From an uncultured bacterium (GTDB lineage Bacteria; Zixibacteria; MSB-5A5; JAABVY01; JAHJOQ01): 64,000 bases of DNA. Below, piece after piece: positions 9,988 to 20,087 of this stretch. Positions within the stretch are counted from its first letter, which is position 1. Every line of letters starts with the position of its first letter. Location of the stretch: NCBI GenBank assembly GCA_965369655.1, contig CBDUQR010000002.1, positions 1 to 64,000 on the forward strand, in the 5' to 3' direction. Both the position numbers and the translations under genes were made by a program. The notes under the pieces are model-generated. The model saw nothing but the letters and a program-made list of their open reading frames with translations. It had not been told where the DNA came from and did not search any database.

Positions 9988-10389
9988 ATGCTGTCCAAGT
10001 TCCACAAGTCTCAGAAGGGTTTCACGCTGATCGAACTCATGATCGTCGTGGTCATTATCGGTATTCTCGCCGCACTGGCGATTCCGAGATTCATGACTGC
10101 CTCGACCAAGTCCAAGCAGTCGGAAGCCAAACAGATCTTGAAGCAAGTATATGTAATGGAGCGTGCTTATTTCCAGGAGAACGGCGCTTACACTGCTAAC
10201 CTGGCAACCCTCGGTATCGTGATTCAGGCGAATGCCCGGTATACGTACACTGTCGTAGTTACCGGTGCCGCATTCGTAGCTACCGCGAACGCGCCGGATC
10301 CGGGTATCGACGATGACGCAACGCCGGATACCTGGACCATCAATGATGCGGGTGCTCTGTTGTGCACATCTGACGACGCAACGTCGTAA
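9988..10389 (+). CDS. pilA: Type IVa pilin (pilin 1, likely the major pilin)
   Basis: Class III signal KG|FTLIELMIVVVIIGILAALAIP; strong SD aggagg; own terminator. Confidence 0.9.
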   Translation: MLSKFHKSQKGFTLIELMIVVVIIGILAALAIPRFMTASTKSKQSEAKQILKQVYVMERAYFQENGAYTANLATLGIVIQANARYTYTVVVTGAAFVATANAPDPGIDDDATPDTWTINDAGALLCTSDDATS

Positions 10390-10416
10390 GGATACTATTC
10401 TGCGAACGTGTTCAGC

Positions 10417-10451
10417 GCGGCGGTCGAGATTCTCGGCCGCCGCTTTTCTTT
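10417..10451 (+). terminator. Intrinsic terminator after pilin 1
   Basis: gcggcggtcgaga-t-tctcggccgccgc followed by ttttcttt. Confidence 0.75.
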
Positions 10452-10609
10452 GTGCTCCCAGACTTCACTCAGGAATATCACCAGGCATTGCAAAGTGCAA
10501 CACAACGACCGCAATTCGCGTTGCCAATCGCAGGTCGGCGCACCGGTGGTCTCTCGATCGCAATATCTAACATGAGACCACATCGGGACTTGCATGTCTC
10601 TGTGCGAGC

Positions 10610-10625
10610 TGGCATCCGGCTTGCA
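10610..10625 (+). promoter_or_regulatory. Sigma54 -24/-12 promoter of pilin 2
   Basis: TGGCAtccggcTTGCA. Confidence 0.75.
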
Positions 10626-10666
10626 TAGTATATTATAGTACGAAGAGATAACACGTGGAGTGAAAA

Positions 10667-11059
10667 GTGAAGCGCAGAAGCAACAGGGGCTTTACGTTGA
10701 TCGAACTGATGATTGTCGTCGTGATTATCGGTATTCTTGCCGCCCTGGCGATACCGAGATTCATTCCAGCCAGCAGTAGAGCGAAGCAACGGGAAGCCCT
10801 GACGATCCTGAAACAGATATACGTCATGCAGCGCGCCTACTTCCATGAACACGATGCCTACACGAACAACCTCGTCAATCTCGGAGTGACAATCCAGGCA
10901 AACGCCAGATACAACTACACCATTCAGGTCAACGGAACTGCTTTCACGGCGCAAGCGGACGCACCCGATCCGGGCGTAGACGACGATCCGGCTCCCGACA
11001 CATGGCGCATAGATCAGCAGGGCTTGTTGGTCGCTGTTTCAGACGACGTAACATTGTAG
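10667..11059 (+). CDS. Type IVa pilin (pilin 2)
   Basis: RG|FTLIELMIVVVIIGILAALAIP; full-length paralogue of pilin 1. Confidence 0.9.
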   Translation: MKRRSNRGFTLIELMIVVVIIGILAALAIPRFIPASSRAKQREALTILKQIYVMQRAYFHEHDAYTNNLVNLGVTIQANARYNYTIQVNGTAFTAQADAPDPGVDDDPAPDTWRIDQQGLLVAVSDDVTL

Positions 11060-11178
11060 CCGGATTTCAGAATCCGGCAGGGTTCACGCAGGCCTTGTCT
11101 CTCAAGTCTGAGATCTGTGACTGCATCTGATATGCTGGACTGTGCTTGCGGCTCGAGATGCAAGTCCCCGCATAGATT

Positions 11179-11316
11179 GTCCAGTTGAATAGGGCAGAAT
11201 CCGCGAAGTCCTGAGCCCTGCGAAGGGAAGTGAAACGGAGTGATTCTACCATTCAAACAGAGTGGCAGAACCGCTGAAGGTGGAGTCCCGAGCATTGCAA
11301 AGGGGTTCTGCCCAAC
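11179..11316 (+). repeat. 138-bp REP-like element, direct copy of 25806-25943
   Basis: Shared gtccagttga..ccgcgaagtcctgagccctgcgaaggg...tggcagaaccgct.aagg.ggagtcc.gagcattgc.aaggggttctgccc. Confidence 0.85.
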
Positions 11317-11347
11317 AAGATCGCGCATGTGAAGCGGCAGATGTATA

Positions 11348-11546
11348 GAGGCTGTCTCAAAAGTGCCAATTGACTCAAGTGGAAAGCTGGGCACGTCACT
11401 CCCGCGAAGGCCCTTCGCTTTGCTCAGGATACCACGGGAGTCTATCTAACAATAACGCATTCAATAGATTCCCGCCTGCGCGGGAATGACGCTATTTTCT
11501 TTCGTAAACATGATTACCTACCTTTCGCGTCTTTTAGGACAACCTC
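11348..11546. mobile_element. MITE-like element with 16-bp terminal IRs, flanked by TATA on both sides
   Basis: gaggctgtctcaaaag ... cttttaggacaacctc; TATA at 11344-11347 and 11547-11550; internal palindrome ttcccgcctgcgcgggaa. Confidence 0.7.
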
Positions 11547-11567
11547 TATACAATTGATTCTGCATAT

Positions 11568-11849
11568 TTATTTCAGTTTCGATAGCAGGTACCAATCGCC
11601 GCCGATCAGCTTCGCGCCCCGGTCGAGATACATTTCGAATTCGCATCCATCGACCGTCCTGACTCTGAAGCAGTTGCGATGTCTCCTCGACCTCCAGTTT
11701 TTCGATGGAGCGCCTGACGAAAATCCCCAATCCTGCCACTGCGCCGTGATCTCCTCGACCACATATTCAGTTCCATTCCACACGAAACTCTTCGGGCGTC
11801 GAGGAGAATCTTTCTCCACGACATTAATGCGCTGAGAGACAAACTTCAA
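11568..11849 (-). CDS. DUF6504-like small protein
   Basis: PKSFVW...VEEITAQWQDWG...NWRSRRHRNCFRV...EMYLDR...WYL. Confidence 0.7.
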   Translation of the reverse strand: MKFVSQRINVVEKDSPRRPKSFVWNGTEYVVEEITAQWQDWGFSSGAPSKNWRSRRHRNCFRVRTVDGCEFEMYLDRGAKLIGGDWYLLSKLK

Positions 11850-11851
11850 TA

Positions 11852-12244
11852 TTATTTGCTGGTCTCTGCCAACGCCCGCAGTCTCTTGAGGATTTCATCG
11901 ACCTCTTCAGTCGTCAACTCTTCATCCTCGAGCGCGCTCTTAATGTATTCGCCCACGTTCTGGATCTTGGGAGCCATATCAGGACCGGAGATACTCCCAT
12001 CGCGGAATGCAGTCTTGACCTCTCGGAAGACCTGACGGACTTCCTCTGCATCGTAACCTTCAGGAAGCTTCTCGATCATTCCATTTTCCAGCGCACCGAC
12101 CGTTTTATTGATGGCATACTTAGCGAGATGCGGGCACGCGAAGTAGCTCGCGATGACGACAACGACAAGAACCACAGCAACGACTATCAGCGCAGTCCTG
12201 CAGCCGTGTCTCTTTTTTGTTTGTGCTTGTTCAGCCTGTTCCAA
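11852..12244 (-). CDS. Membrane-anchored hypothetical protein
   Basis: N-terminal TM helix; SD aaggag; 2 nt from the next gene. Confidence 0.7.
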   Translation of the reverse strand: MEQAEQAQTKKRHGCRTALIVVAVVLVVVVIASYFACPHLAKYAINKTVGALENGMIEKLPEGYDAEEVRQVFREVKTAFRDGSISGPDMAPKIQNVGEYIKSALEDEELTTEEVDEILKRLRALAETSK

Positions 12245-12358
12245 TATGATCGCTCCTTGTCAATGATGGACGGACCCATCGTTTGTTTGTTTCTGTTTCC
12301 AATAATACAACTATAGAGCAGGTTTCTTCAAGACAAAATTGGGTGTGTTGAAGAGTAT

Positions 12359-12467
12359 GTAGGTCATGCCCTCTTGGGGCGTGACGTTTATTCCGTGCTC
12401 GTCGGGGCTATGCCCCGACGAAGTCCGCAGGAGCATAGCTCCTGCGGACACGCGAAGCATGACCTAC
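12359..12467. repeat. GTAG-type REP element with two internal hairpins
   Basis: Terminal IR gtaggtcatgc/gcatgacctac; inner cgtcggggc-tat-gccccgacg and gtccgcaggagc-ata-gctcctgcggac. Confidence 0.8.
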
Positions 12468-12491
12468 TATTCTATGCCAGTGAAACAACGC

Positions 12492-14090
12492 CTACGGGTA
12501 ATACGGCGGTGGACCGCCGGCGAATATGTAGTAGATCAGGTAAACTACATCATCGATATCCATCGAGCCTGACGCATCGGCATCCCCCGAACGAATAGGA
12601 TCAGGAGCAGGACCGCCTCCGAATATGTATTCGATCAGGTATACAACGTCGTCTATGTCGACAATACCTTCACCATCCGCATTCCCCGCCACAAAATCAG
12701 GCACGAGTGTATTGGCAAACACATAACTCGCCAGGTCCCAGTTGGAGACGCCCATATCCGGCTTGTATGACCACTGATAGTAGACAGTCATTGACACGGA
12801 TGGATCGACGCCGACAGAAACCCAGCCATCGACCAGATTATAGCAATACTCGTCGAATCCGAGCTTCACATCATCGACAAACACCGAATCTATCGAATGC
12901 AGGGGACTTCTGTTCAGATAGTATAGATGCCGCCCCGGTGTCGTTGCGATACTCTCAGTGTAGTATCCGACTCCATCGCGGTCGACATCGGCAAACTGAA
13001 TCTCCTCGATCACGCTCGAATAGCCGCTGCTGCTGTACCATGCCGGGCTGGTCGTGAGTGTCGAGCCGGTGTTTTCGTAAATCATTACTCTCGACCACCA
13101 TCTGCCCGTTGCGAGGTCCATATCGCCGTCGTAGTCAATATCGCACCAGCAAACGGACGATCCGTATCCACCCGTACTCGATTGCCAGTAGGGTGTCGTA
13201 CCGAGAATCCCGCCAAGATTGCGGTAGACTTTGAATTTGCCTCCACCGCCAAGCTGATCATTGTCGGCGACAGCCAGATCGAGCCATCCATCACCATCAA
13301 TGTCGCCAAACGCCAATGTGTTCGACGACTCGACATCGCTCGATTGCCAGACCGGCGATGTTGATATCGTGCCTCCGACGTTCTCATATAGCAGGACTTT
13401 CGTGTTATCACCGCAGAACGCAATATCGAGATCGCCGTCGTTGTCGACATCGCCTAACGTGACATCGATCATCGAGTATATTCCATCCGACTCCCACGAT
13501 GGCATAGTCTCAAACACGCCGCCGATGTTATAGTGAATCCGCTGATGATCGAGGTGCCCGTAATACCCTTCACCGCATGCATTCACCAGATCGAGATCAC
13601 CGTCGCCATCAATATCTCCCAGGGCGCATGAAAATGACCAGGTCGAATCGGTCGAGCTCCACCACGGAGCGTATTGCATGGTCCCGGCGTTGTTGATATA
13701 TGCGTCCTGCTTGTTCGGGGTGGAGAATCCTCCCGAGCCGAGAAAATTCGAGACCACCAGTTCCGGATAGCCGTCGAAATTGATATCCCCCACCGCACAG
13801 TGACCCGAATACTCGTAGTTGAGCGACTGCCATGTCGGATATGTCGGTACGCTGCCTGCGTTGTTTCTGAAAATGTAATTGCGAACCATCTCGATATCGT
13901 TGCCATTGGAAATAAACAGATCGAGATAGCCGTCCCTGTCGAGGTCATGCCACTGTAGGCCTGTGTGGTACTTGCCGTTGCCGTTGGAATTCTGCCAGAA
14001 TGGTTCGGTCTCGATTGGCATGACCGCCAGTGCGCTGGACGCCATCAGGGATATGAACAGCACATAAACATATTTGATTGTGAATCTCAT
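12492..14090 (-). CDS. Secreted FG-GAP/VCBS beta-propeller protein with C-terminal dockerin
   Basis: Signal peptide; about 7 DxDxDGxxDL repeats; GNADGEGIVDIDDVVYLIEYIF and GDADASGSMDIDDVVYLIYYIF. Confidence 0.85.
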   Translation of the reverse strand: MRFTIKYVYVLFISLMASSALAVMPIETEPFWQNSNGNGKYHTGLQWHDLDRDGYLDLFISNGNDIEMVRNYIFRNNAGSVPTYPTWQSLNYEYSGHCAVGDINFDGYPELVVSNFLGSGGFSTPNKQDAYINNAGTMQYAPWWSSTDSTWSFSCALGDIDGDGDLDLVNACGEGYYGHLDHQRIHYNIGGVFETMPSWESDGIYSMIDVTLGDVDNDGDLDIAFCGDNTKVLLYENVGGTISTSPVWQSSDVESSNTLAFGDIDGDGWLDLAVADNDQLGGGGKFKVYRNLGGILGTTPYWQSSTGGYGSSVCWCDIDYDGDMDLATGRWWSRVMIYENTGSTLTTSPAWYSSSGYSSVIEEIQFADVDRDGVGYYTESIATTPGRHLYYLNRSPLHSIDSVFVDDVKLGFDEYCYNLVDGWVSVGVDPSVSMTVYYQWSYKPDMGVSNWDLASYVFANTLVPDFVAGNADGEGIVDIDDVVYLIEYIFGGGPAPDPIRSGDADASGSMDIDDVVYLIYYIFAGGPPPYYP

Positions 14091-14257
14091 CGCGGTGTCC
14101 TTTCTGTGTTGTGCCGAATCGACAATCTACCAAAAGCCCTTTCGTTCTGTGACATTTGACGCACGGACGCGGCACCTGTTCAATGCATTAGTAGTCGCCC
14201 GTCGGGCGGATCGAGAGTACATTTCAAATATAAGTGAGAAGGGATGATTGACAAGGC

Positions 14258-17005
14258 CTATTTGAGAAGAATCATCTTCCGCGTGTCGATCAGGTCGCCT
14301 GCGGATATGCGGTAGAAATAGACGCCTGAAGCAAGTCCGCTCGCATTGAACTCAAACTCATGCCAGCCCGAGGGCATACGCTCCCAGATATGCTTCTCCA
14401 CTGTGGAGCCGAGCAGATTGATAATGTCTATCGTGACTCGCGAAGAATTCGGGATATAGTAACGGATCGTGGTAGTTGGATTGAACGGGTTCGGGTAATT
14501 CTGTGCAAGCGTGAATTCGCCCGGCAGGATGCTCTCTCCCGGATCGTCGGCGCCAGTCGTACCATAGTAGTAAGTGTTGGCGAATATATCGAAGCCGGAA
14601 CCCATGTTTCTGTTATCATGCCAGACCGCATACACGTCGTCCGCATCTATCGCCAGCCTGAGGTGCCCCTCTTTCGCTTGTGCGGTCGACTGCGAGACAG
14701 GAATGATCGAGCCTGCGTTATCGTCAGGAGTTACGATCGCCATGTACGCCTGCTCGACGCCAGTCCGGGAATCTGTCCACCCGACTACAATGTAGCCCGA
14801 GGCATCCGTTGCGATAGTAAGATTGCTGAAGACAAGATCAGTCGAGCTCGTGATGGTGATGAGTCCACCCTGCGGATCGCCGGACGAACCGAAACGCCGC
14901 GCGAATATTGATCTGACTCCTGAGTCTGACATGCTCCCCCACGCCATCACATAGTCGCCGCTCGACGGTACTATTGCCAGCGCTACTGCATTATGAGATA
15001 CGTCAGCAGTATCAGTCGAGATCAGAGTGTTGCCACCCGCAAGAGTCCCGTCTGGATTGATCCGCTGGAAGAACGCGAGCTTTCGTTCTCCGACCTCTCC
15101 CAACCATGCTACCACGCTGTAGGTATTGTCATCGATGCAGACTTCAGGAGAGCCGCAGGTCGATATGGATGGGTCCGTGTTGATCTTCACATTTGTCATA
15201 TACAGCGAGCCGTTTGATGCGATCTGCTGAGCATATATGTCGCCGTTTGTGCCATCCTCCCAGACCACGATTGATCTGCCGGTAATCGAATGGTCAGCGT
15301 CTGGATTTATCATGTTTGCTGTGGAGGTGTCGTCGTTAAGAATTATCTCCACGTCGAGCGGTGTGCCGGATGAACCGTATCTGCGAGCGAAAATATTGAT
15401 TCCGGCTAACCCATCAGATGTTCGAGCGTCCTGCCACACGATGACAAAATGTCCATCGGTTGATCCGCCGACTGCTGCCTGCGACTGCAAAGTCGCGCCG
15501 ATATCCTGATTGACCTTCTGATTCGAACCGAGCAAACTGCCTGTACCGTCGACTCGTTGAAAATAGATATCCCCGCAGTCATACCTGGCATCCTGCCATA
15601 CCGCAACGACGTCACTGCCGTTCAGAAGCGCAATGTCGGGCTTCACCTGCTGTGCGCCGGTCGCTAAAGACGGCACGAGCACATTGGAACCCTCGACGGT
15701 TCCGGAATCACTCAGACGCTGAAAGTATGTATCCTGCTCGCCGTCTCTGATATCTGTCCATACGACGACCGGAAGATTGTCGTCGCCTATGTCCATCTGT
15801 GGATAATATCGATCGTTGAATACGATCGGATCGGAAATCGTTATGTTCACACCGTCGCGGTCGCCATAGTTGTCGAGTCGAGTTCCGAGAATCTCGGCAC
15901 GCTCGCCATAGCTTGCCCATGCCGCCAGAATCGAGCCGTCAGCCGCAGCCATACTCGTAACATCCCAGCAGACATAGTCCGGATTGTCGCTCAGGATGAA
16001 ATTTGATCCGTTTTTGTTTCCGTTGTAGTCGACTGTCTGGGCGTAGGCCGCCTGCGCGCCGTTTCTGGCGTCGATCCAGCTTGCGACATACCCGGACCCG
16101 TCCAGATGCGCCACCGACGCCTGGAATTGATCTTCCGCGCCGTGTGCCGGATTAGGCAGCGATATCAGCCCGGAGATTTCGGAACCGCCCGCAGTATATG
16201 TTTTCATCACGACACTCGCGCCTATTGACGTTATCTCTTCCCATGCTACGGCGAATCCGGATGCGCCGCCCAATGCCACACTCGGCGACCAGAAACTCGA
16301 ATTCGACGCCGGCACGTTGAGCCGGAAATTCCCGCCGAGAGGATCGAATGCCGGAGTGTATATCTGTGCATAGATATTGTCACTGTTACGGCTGTCCTCC
16401 CATACGATCACAAGACCGCCGCCCTGAAGCCAGACGACATCCGGGAGATTGCAGACGTTTTCGCCCGCATTGTCGTTGACCTTAAACGATTCGGTGACTT
16501 CCGCGAGGTCTCCATCGAACACCTGACCATACAAGCTGCCGTCGGAATCGATCCATACAACGACCAGATTCCCCGAAGAGTAAGTGTCACATGATGCCAT
16601 GCGCTGGTCCCCGTGAGCATCGTCGAATATCAATCGAACGTTGCCGCCAACGGCTGAGTTCTCGGAGTTGAATACCTGAGCATAAATGTCATAATCGCCA
16701 TTTCGATCATCTTCCCATACGACCACGAAACCGCCATCAGGGAAAACTGCGACATCTGCATATCGCTGGTCGAACCTCTCCGGATCGGAATCGGTGTTGA
16801 GTTTCGTGTCGGCAAAAGCCGAGGATTTCAGATTCCACGAATCCTGAACCGTTTCACCGATCACACGTTCCCGGTCGATAGCGCGGTCGATAAGCCTCTC
16901 GGCTCTGCGTGCCTTGTAGTTATCCAGACCGCCTGCCGCGTCGATCTCGGAGCTCGCGGTCAGTATGAATGAGAGAACAATCAAACAACAAACAAATGCT
17001 CTCAT
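14258..17005 (-). CDS. Secreted repeat protein with T9SS type A/FlgD-like C-terminal sorting domain
   Basis: Signal peptide; many VVWxDxR...DIYAQ repeats; LAQNYPNPFNPTT...SGVYFY...RKMILLK. Confidence 0.85.
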   Translation of the reverse strand: MRAFVCCLIVLSFILTASSEIDAAGGLDNYKARRAERLIDRAIDRERVIGETVQDSWNLKSSAFADTKLNTDSDPERFDQRYADVAVFPDGGFVVVWEDDRNGDYDIYAQVFNSENSAVGGNVRLIFDDAHGDQRMASCDTYSSGNLVVVWIDSDGSLYGQVFDGDLAEVTESFKVNDNAGENVCNLPDVVWLQGGGLVIVWEDSRNSDNIYAQIYTPAFDPLGGNFRLNVPASNSSFWSPSVALGGASGFAVAWEEITSIGASVVMKTYTAGGSEISGLISLPNPAHGAEDQFQASVAHLDGSGYVASWIDARNGAQAAYAQTVDYNGNKNGSNFILSDNPDYVCWDVTSMAAADGSILAAWASYGERAEILGTRLDNYGDRDGVNITISDPIVFNDRYYPQMDIGDDNLPVVVWTDIRDGEQDTYFQRLSDSGTVEGSNVLVPSLATGAQQVKPDIALLNGSDVVAVWQDARYDCGDIYFQRVDGTGSLLGSNQKVNQDIGATLQSQAAVGGSTDGHFVIVWQDARTSDGLAGINIFARRYGSSGTPLDVEIILNDDTSTANMINPDADHSITGRSIVVWEDGTNGDIYAQQIASNGSLYMTNVKINTDPSISTCGSPEVCIDDNTYSVVAWLGEVGERKLAFFQRINPDGTLAGGNTLISTDTADVSHNAVALAIVPSSGDYVMAWGSMSDSGVRSIFARRFGSSGDPQGGLITITSSTDLVFSNLTIATDASGYIVVGWTDSRTGVEQAYMAIVTPDDNAGSIIPVSQSTAQAKEGHLRLAIDADDVYAVWHDNRNMGSGFDIFANTYYYGTTGADDPGESILPGEFTLAQNYPNPFNPTTTIRYYIPNSSRVTIDIINLLGSTVEKHIWERMPSGWHEFEFNASGLASGVYFYRISAGDLIDTRKMILLK

Positions 17006-17041
17006 GGACACCTCAGCTTGTGACAAGTCATATCATGTTCC

Positions 17042-17057
17042 CGCAAACCGTATGCCA
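17042..17057 (-). promoter_or_regulatory. Sigma54 -24/-12 promoter of the 14258-17005 gene
   Basis: Minus strand TGGCAtacggtTTGCg. Confidence 0.7.
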
Positions 17058-17500
17058 TGCAGGTTGTGCTTCCTGCGCGTCAGTTTGCACCCGTCATGCA
17101 CCCATGCTATCCCACAGTCGGTTAGACGCTTGCATACGCTGAGCAAAAAGTAAACAGCCTGACTATCGGGTGCTTTGGTGGACAGCAGACAAGCATACCG
17201 ATCGAGGCTTTTGCATTTCCGTTCATGAGCTTTAGGAACCGATCGCAGCCCTCACGAATATGCCTCATGCAAACAATCCGCCCCTTCCCCCACACCGTCA
17301 GCCTAACCATCTGGGCCGCAGTGAAATCACCTGCCTGGCCGAATTGGCGATTGCGTGAAACCTGATGGTCGGATTCACGTAGCTACAACTGGAGCAAGCT
17401 GCAGAGACTTGCACAATGAGTGAAGATGAACAGAGCCTGATCAGCATTATGCCATGCACCGTTCATAGCATACCTGATCTCATTTCAGGAGGAAGATGCA

Positions 17501-20011
17501 ATGAAACTTCGCAGGACTGTTTACCTGACTGCAATCCTGACGTTGCTTGCTTCAGGCGTCAGTCTGCTCGGTGAAGAAATCCCCGGCGAATCAGAAGATC
17601 GACCGGAGATTACTGCGACCAGGATTAATCCACACGTACCAATTATCGACGGCGACCTAAGTGATCTCGTCTGGAAAGATCACGAGTTCGATTACGCTCG
17701 GAGTTTTCGTCAGATAGAACCGGACGAGGGCGAGGCTGCGACCGAATCGACGCTGGTAGCCATCGCCTACGACGATGAAGCGCTTTATGTCGCTTTCTGG
17801 TGCTATGATTCAGAGCCAGACAAAATCGTGCAGCAACTTGTCAGACGTGACAGAGGCACAAATTCAGACCTTGTGACGGTCCGAATCGATCCGTATCACG
17901 ACCATCAGACCGGCTACAGGTTCGATGTCAATTCTGCCGGAGTGCTTGTCGACGACAGGTTGTACAACGACACAGATTTAGATTGCTCATGGGATGGCGT
18001 CTGGGATGCTGCCGCGAAACTTCAGCCATGGGGATGGAGCGCCGAGTACAAAATTCCATTCAGTTGTATTCGCTTCTCGGAGAAAGACGACCAAACATGG
18101 GGGCTGAATGTTACTCGGTATATTGCTCGCAAACAAGAGTCGGCGTGGTGGGCGTTTTCACCATCGACCGAAGGCGGCGTTGTTTCCACTTTCGGACATC
18201 TCCGTGGATTGAAAGGCATCAAGCCAACTCGACACTTCGAGATTCTCCCATATGCTGTATCCTCTCTGAATACCGAGCCCAAACACGCGGGCAACACTGA
18301 CGGAAAAGATTTTCTCGGAAATCTGGGTATCGATGCGAAATATGGGATTTCATCCGATCTTGTTCTTGACGCCACGATAAATCCAGACTTCGGTCAGGTC
18401 GAACTCGACAGACCCGTGCTGAACTTATCGAGCTTTGAAACATTCTACGAAGAGAAGCGGCCTTTCTTCCTTGAAGGCGCTAACTTGTTCAGTACTCCAT
18501 TTGAACTCTTCTATTCGAGGAGAATCGGTCACCCACCGCGAGGCGATCCGGATGAAGACTTACTCTACTGTACAGACCGACCGAAATCGACCACTATTCT
18601 CGGCGCAGGAAAAATAACCGGCAAGCTCGACAACAAAACATCACTGGCGATATTGACAGCGTTCACTCAGGAAGAGTGTGCTGATTATTCGATCGAAAAA
18701 CTGAGATTTATCGAGAGAGATAATAATTCAATCGATACGCTGACTGACACTCTATCGAGAGAAACCGTCGTGGAACCGTTCGCCAATTATACTGTCTTCA
18801 GAGTTCAGCGTGAAATCCTCAAGAGTTCGAGTGTCGGTTTCATGGGTACGTTGGCAGCTCAGAACGAGTATCATCCCGCTACGGCCGGAGGGCTCGACTG
18901 GCGCTTGTACACAAACGATGGCGTTTGGGGCATGTGCGGACAGATCGTCACGAGCAAAATCAACGATGAAAAAGCCGGTTTCGGTTTCGATGGGATGTTC
19001 GAGAAAGTTGCTGGCAAACATGTGAGAGGTACTCTTGGAATCGAGATATATGATCCGCATCTCGACCTCAACAAACTCGGGTTCCTCCGAAGGAACAACT
19101 GGCGTGAGGGCTGGCTGTGGGTCCAGTATCGTACCCAGGAGGACTGGTTTGTCATCAGGAATACATGGAACAACTTCAACATATCCTCAGGCTGGAACTA
19201 CAATGGCGACAATCTCAATCTTGGCTGGAATTTCAATACGCAAATAGAATTTCTCAATGGCTGGAGTCTGGGTGGCGGCTTCAATCAGAACATGGAAGTT
19301 TGGGACGACCATGAGACGCGAGACAACGGCTTATGGAACAAACCATCAGCCTGGTCCTGGTGGTCGTCGTTTAATACCGACAGTCGAAAGCCTGTCTGGT
19401 TCAATATCAATCCCGGCAGCGGTGAGAATCGCTACGGAAGCTGGTGGGCCAACTATATCGGTGTCGGCGTACGTCCCCGTTCCAATATCGAATTGGATAT
19501 CGGCGTCAACTATATGCGTGGTTTCGGACAGACAATCTGGATCGATAACCTGACTGATACGATCACCGGCGAACCGGTGTCGGTATTTGCGGATCTCGAT
19601 CAGGATGAGATCACACCAAGGATCACAGCCAACATCAACCTTACTCGTGATCTTTCTTTTCAGTTCTCCGGGCAGATGCTCATCTCCGCCCTCGATTATC
19701 GCAATCACAAAGGCTATGCGGGAAACGAGACATACTTCAGACTCCGGGACAATCACTTCGAAAAAGATCTTTCGGATGACGAGCGCGATGACTGGGGCGA
19801 TGGCAACTATCGCGCGTTCAACTCCACGATGGTGATGAGGTGGGAATACCGACCGGGGTCGACACTGTATATCGTCTGGACGCAGGCAAGAGAGGATTTT
19901 GCCGCGCCGAACAACATCGAGTTCGACCGTGACTTCCGAGGAATCTTCAGCAGCGAGACTCCAGCTGACAACGTATTTCTAATCAAGGCAAGCTATTGGC
20001 TGAACATATAG
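17501..20011 (+). CDS. CBM9-like + DUF5916 outer-membrane protein
   Basis: Signal peptide; PIIDGDL, YDDEALYVAF, DATINPDFGQVELD, YEEKRPFFLEG, LFYSRRIG, RWEYRPGSTLY. Confidence 0.85.
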   Translation: MKLRRTVYLTAILTLLASGVSLLGEEIPGESEDRPEITATRINPHVPIIDGDLSDLVWKDHEFDYARSFRQIEPDEGEAATESTLVAIAYDDEALYVAFWCYDSEPDKIVQQLVRRDRGTNSDLVTVRIDPYHDHQTGYRFDVNSAGVLVDDRLYNDTDLDCSWDGVWDAAAKLQPWGWSAEYKIPFSCIRFSEKDDQTWGLNVTRYIARKQESAWWAFSPSTEGGVVSTFGHLRGLKGIKPTRHFEILPYAVSSLNTEPKHAGNTDGKDFLGNLGIDAKYGISSDLVLDATINPDFGQVELDRPVLNLSSFETFYEEKRPFFLEGANLFSTPFELFYSRRIGHPPRGDPDEDLLYCTDRPKSTTILGAGKITGKLDNKTSLAILTAFTQEECADYSIEKLRFIERDNNSIDTLTDTLSRETVVEPFANYTVFRVQREILKSSSVGFMGTLAAQNEYHPATAGGLDWRLYTNDGVWGMCGQIVTSKINDEKAGFGFDGMFEKVAGKHVRGTLGIEIYDPHLDLNKLGFLRRNNWREGWLWVQYRTQEDWFVIRNTWNNFNISSGWNYNGDNLNLGWNFNTQIEFLNGWSLGGGFNQNMEVWDDHETRDNGLWNKPSAWSWWSSFNTDSRKPVWFNINPGSGENRYGSWWANYIGVGVRPRSNIELDIGVNYMRGFGQTIWIDNLTDTITGEPVSVFADLDQDEITPRITANINLTRDLSFQFSGQMLISALDYRNHKGYAGNETYFRLRDNHFEKDLSDDERDDWGDGNYRAFNSTMVMRWEYRPGSTLYIVWTQAREDFAAPNNIEFDRDFRGIFSSETPADNVFLIKASYWLNI

Positions 20012-20087
20012 AATCTATCCAGAATGCCAGAAGGGGACCAGTCGGTCCCCTCCATCTACATGTATCCCCAATGATAGTATCTGCTGT

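Noticed and set aside
9988-10389. Geobacter-type conductive e-pilin
   Set aside because: Mature positions 27 and 32 are not aromatic (A27, K32) and the pilin is not truncated
10585-11168. 11-bp inverted repeat (gggacttgcat/atgcaagtccc) flanking pilin 2 as an invertible cassette
   Set aside because: Short, overlaps the recurrent ATGCAA motif, and no recombinase is nearby; cannot be separated from chance
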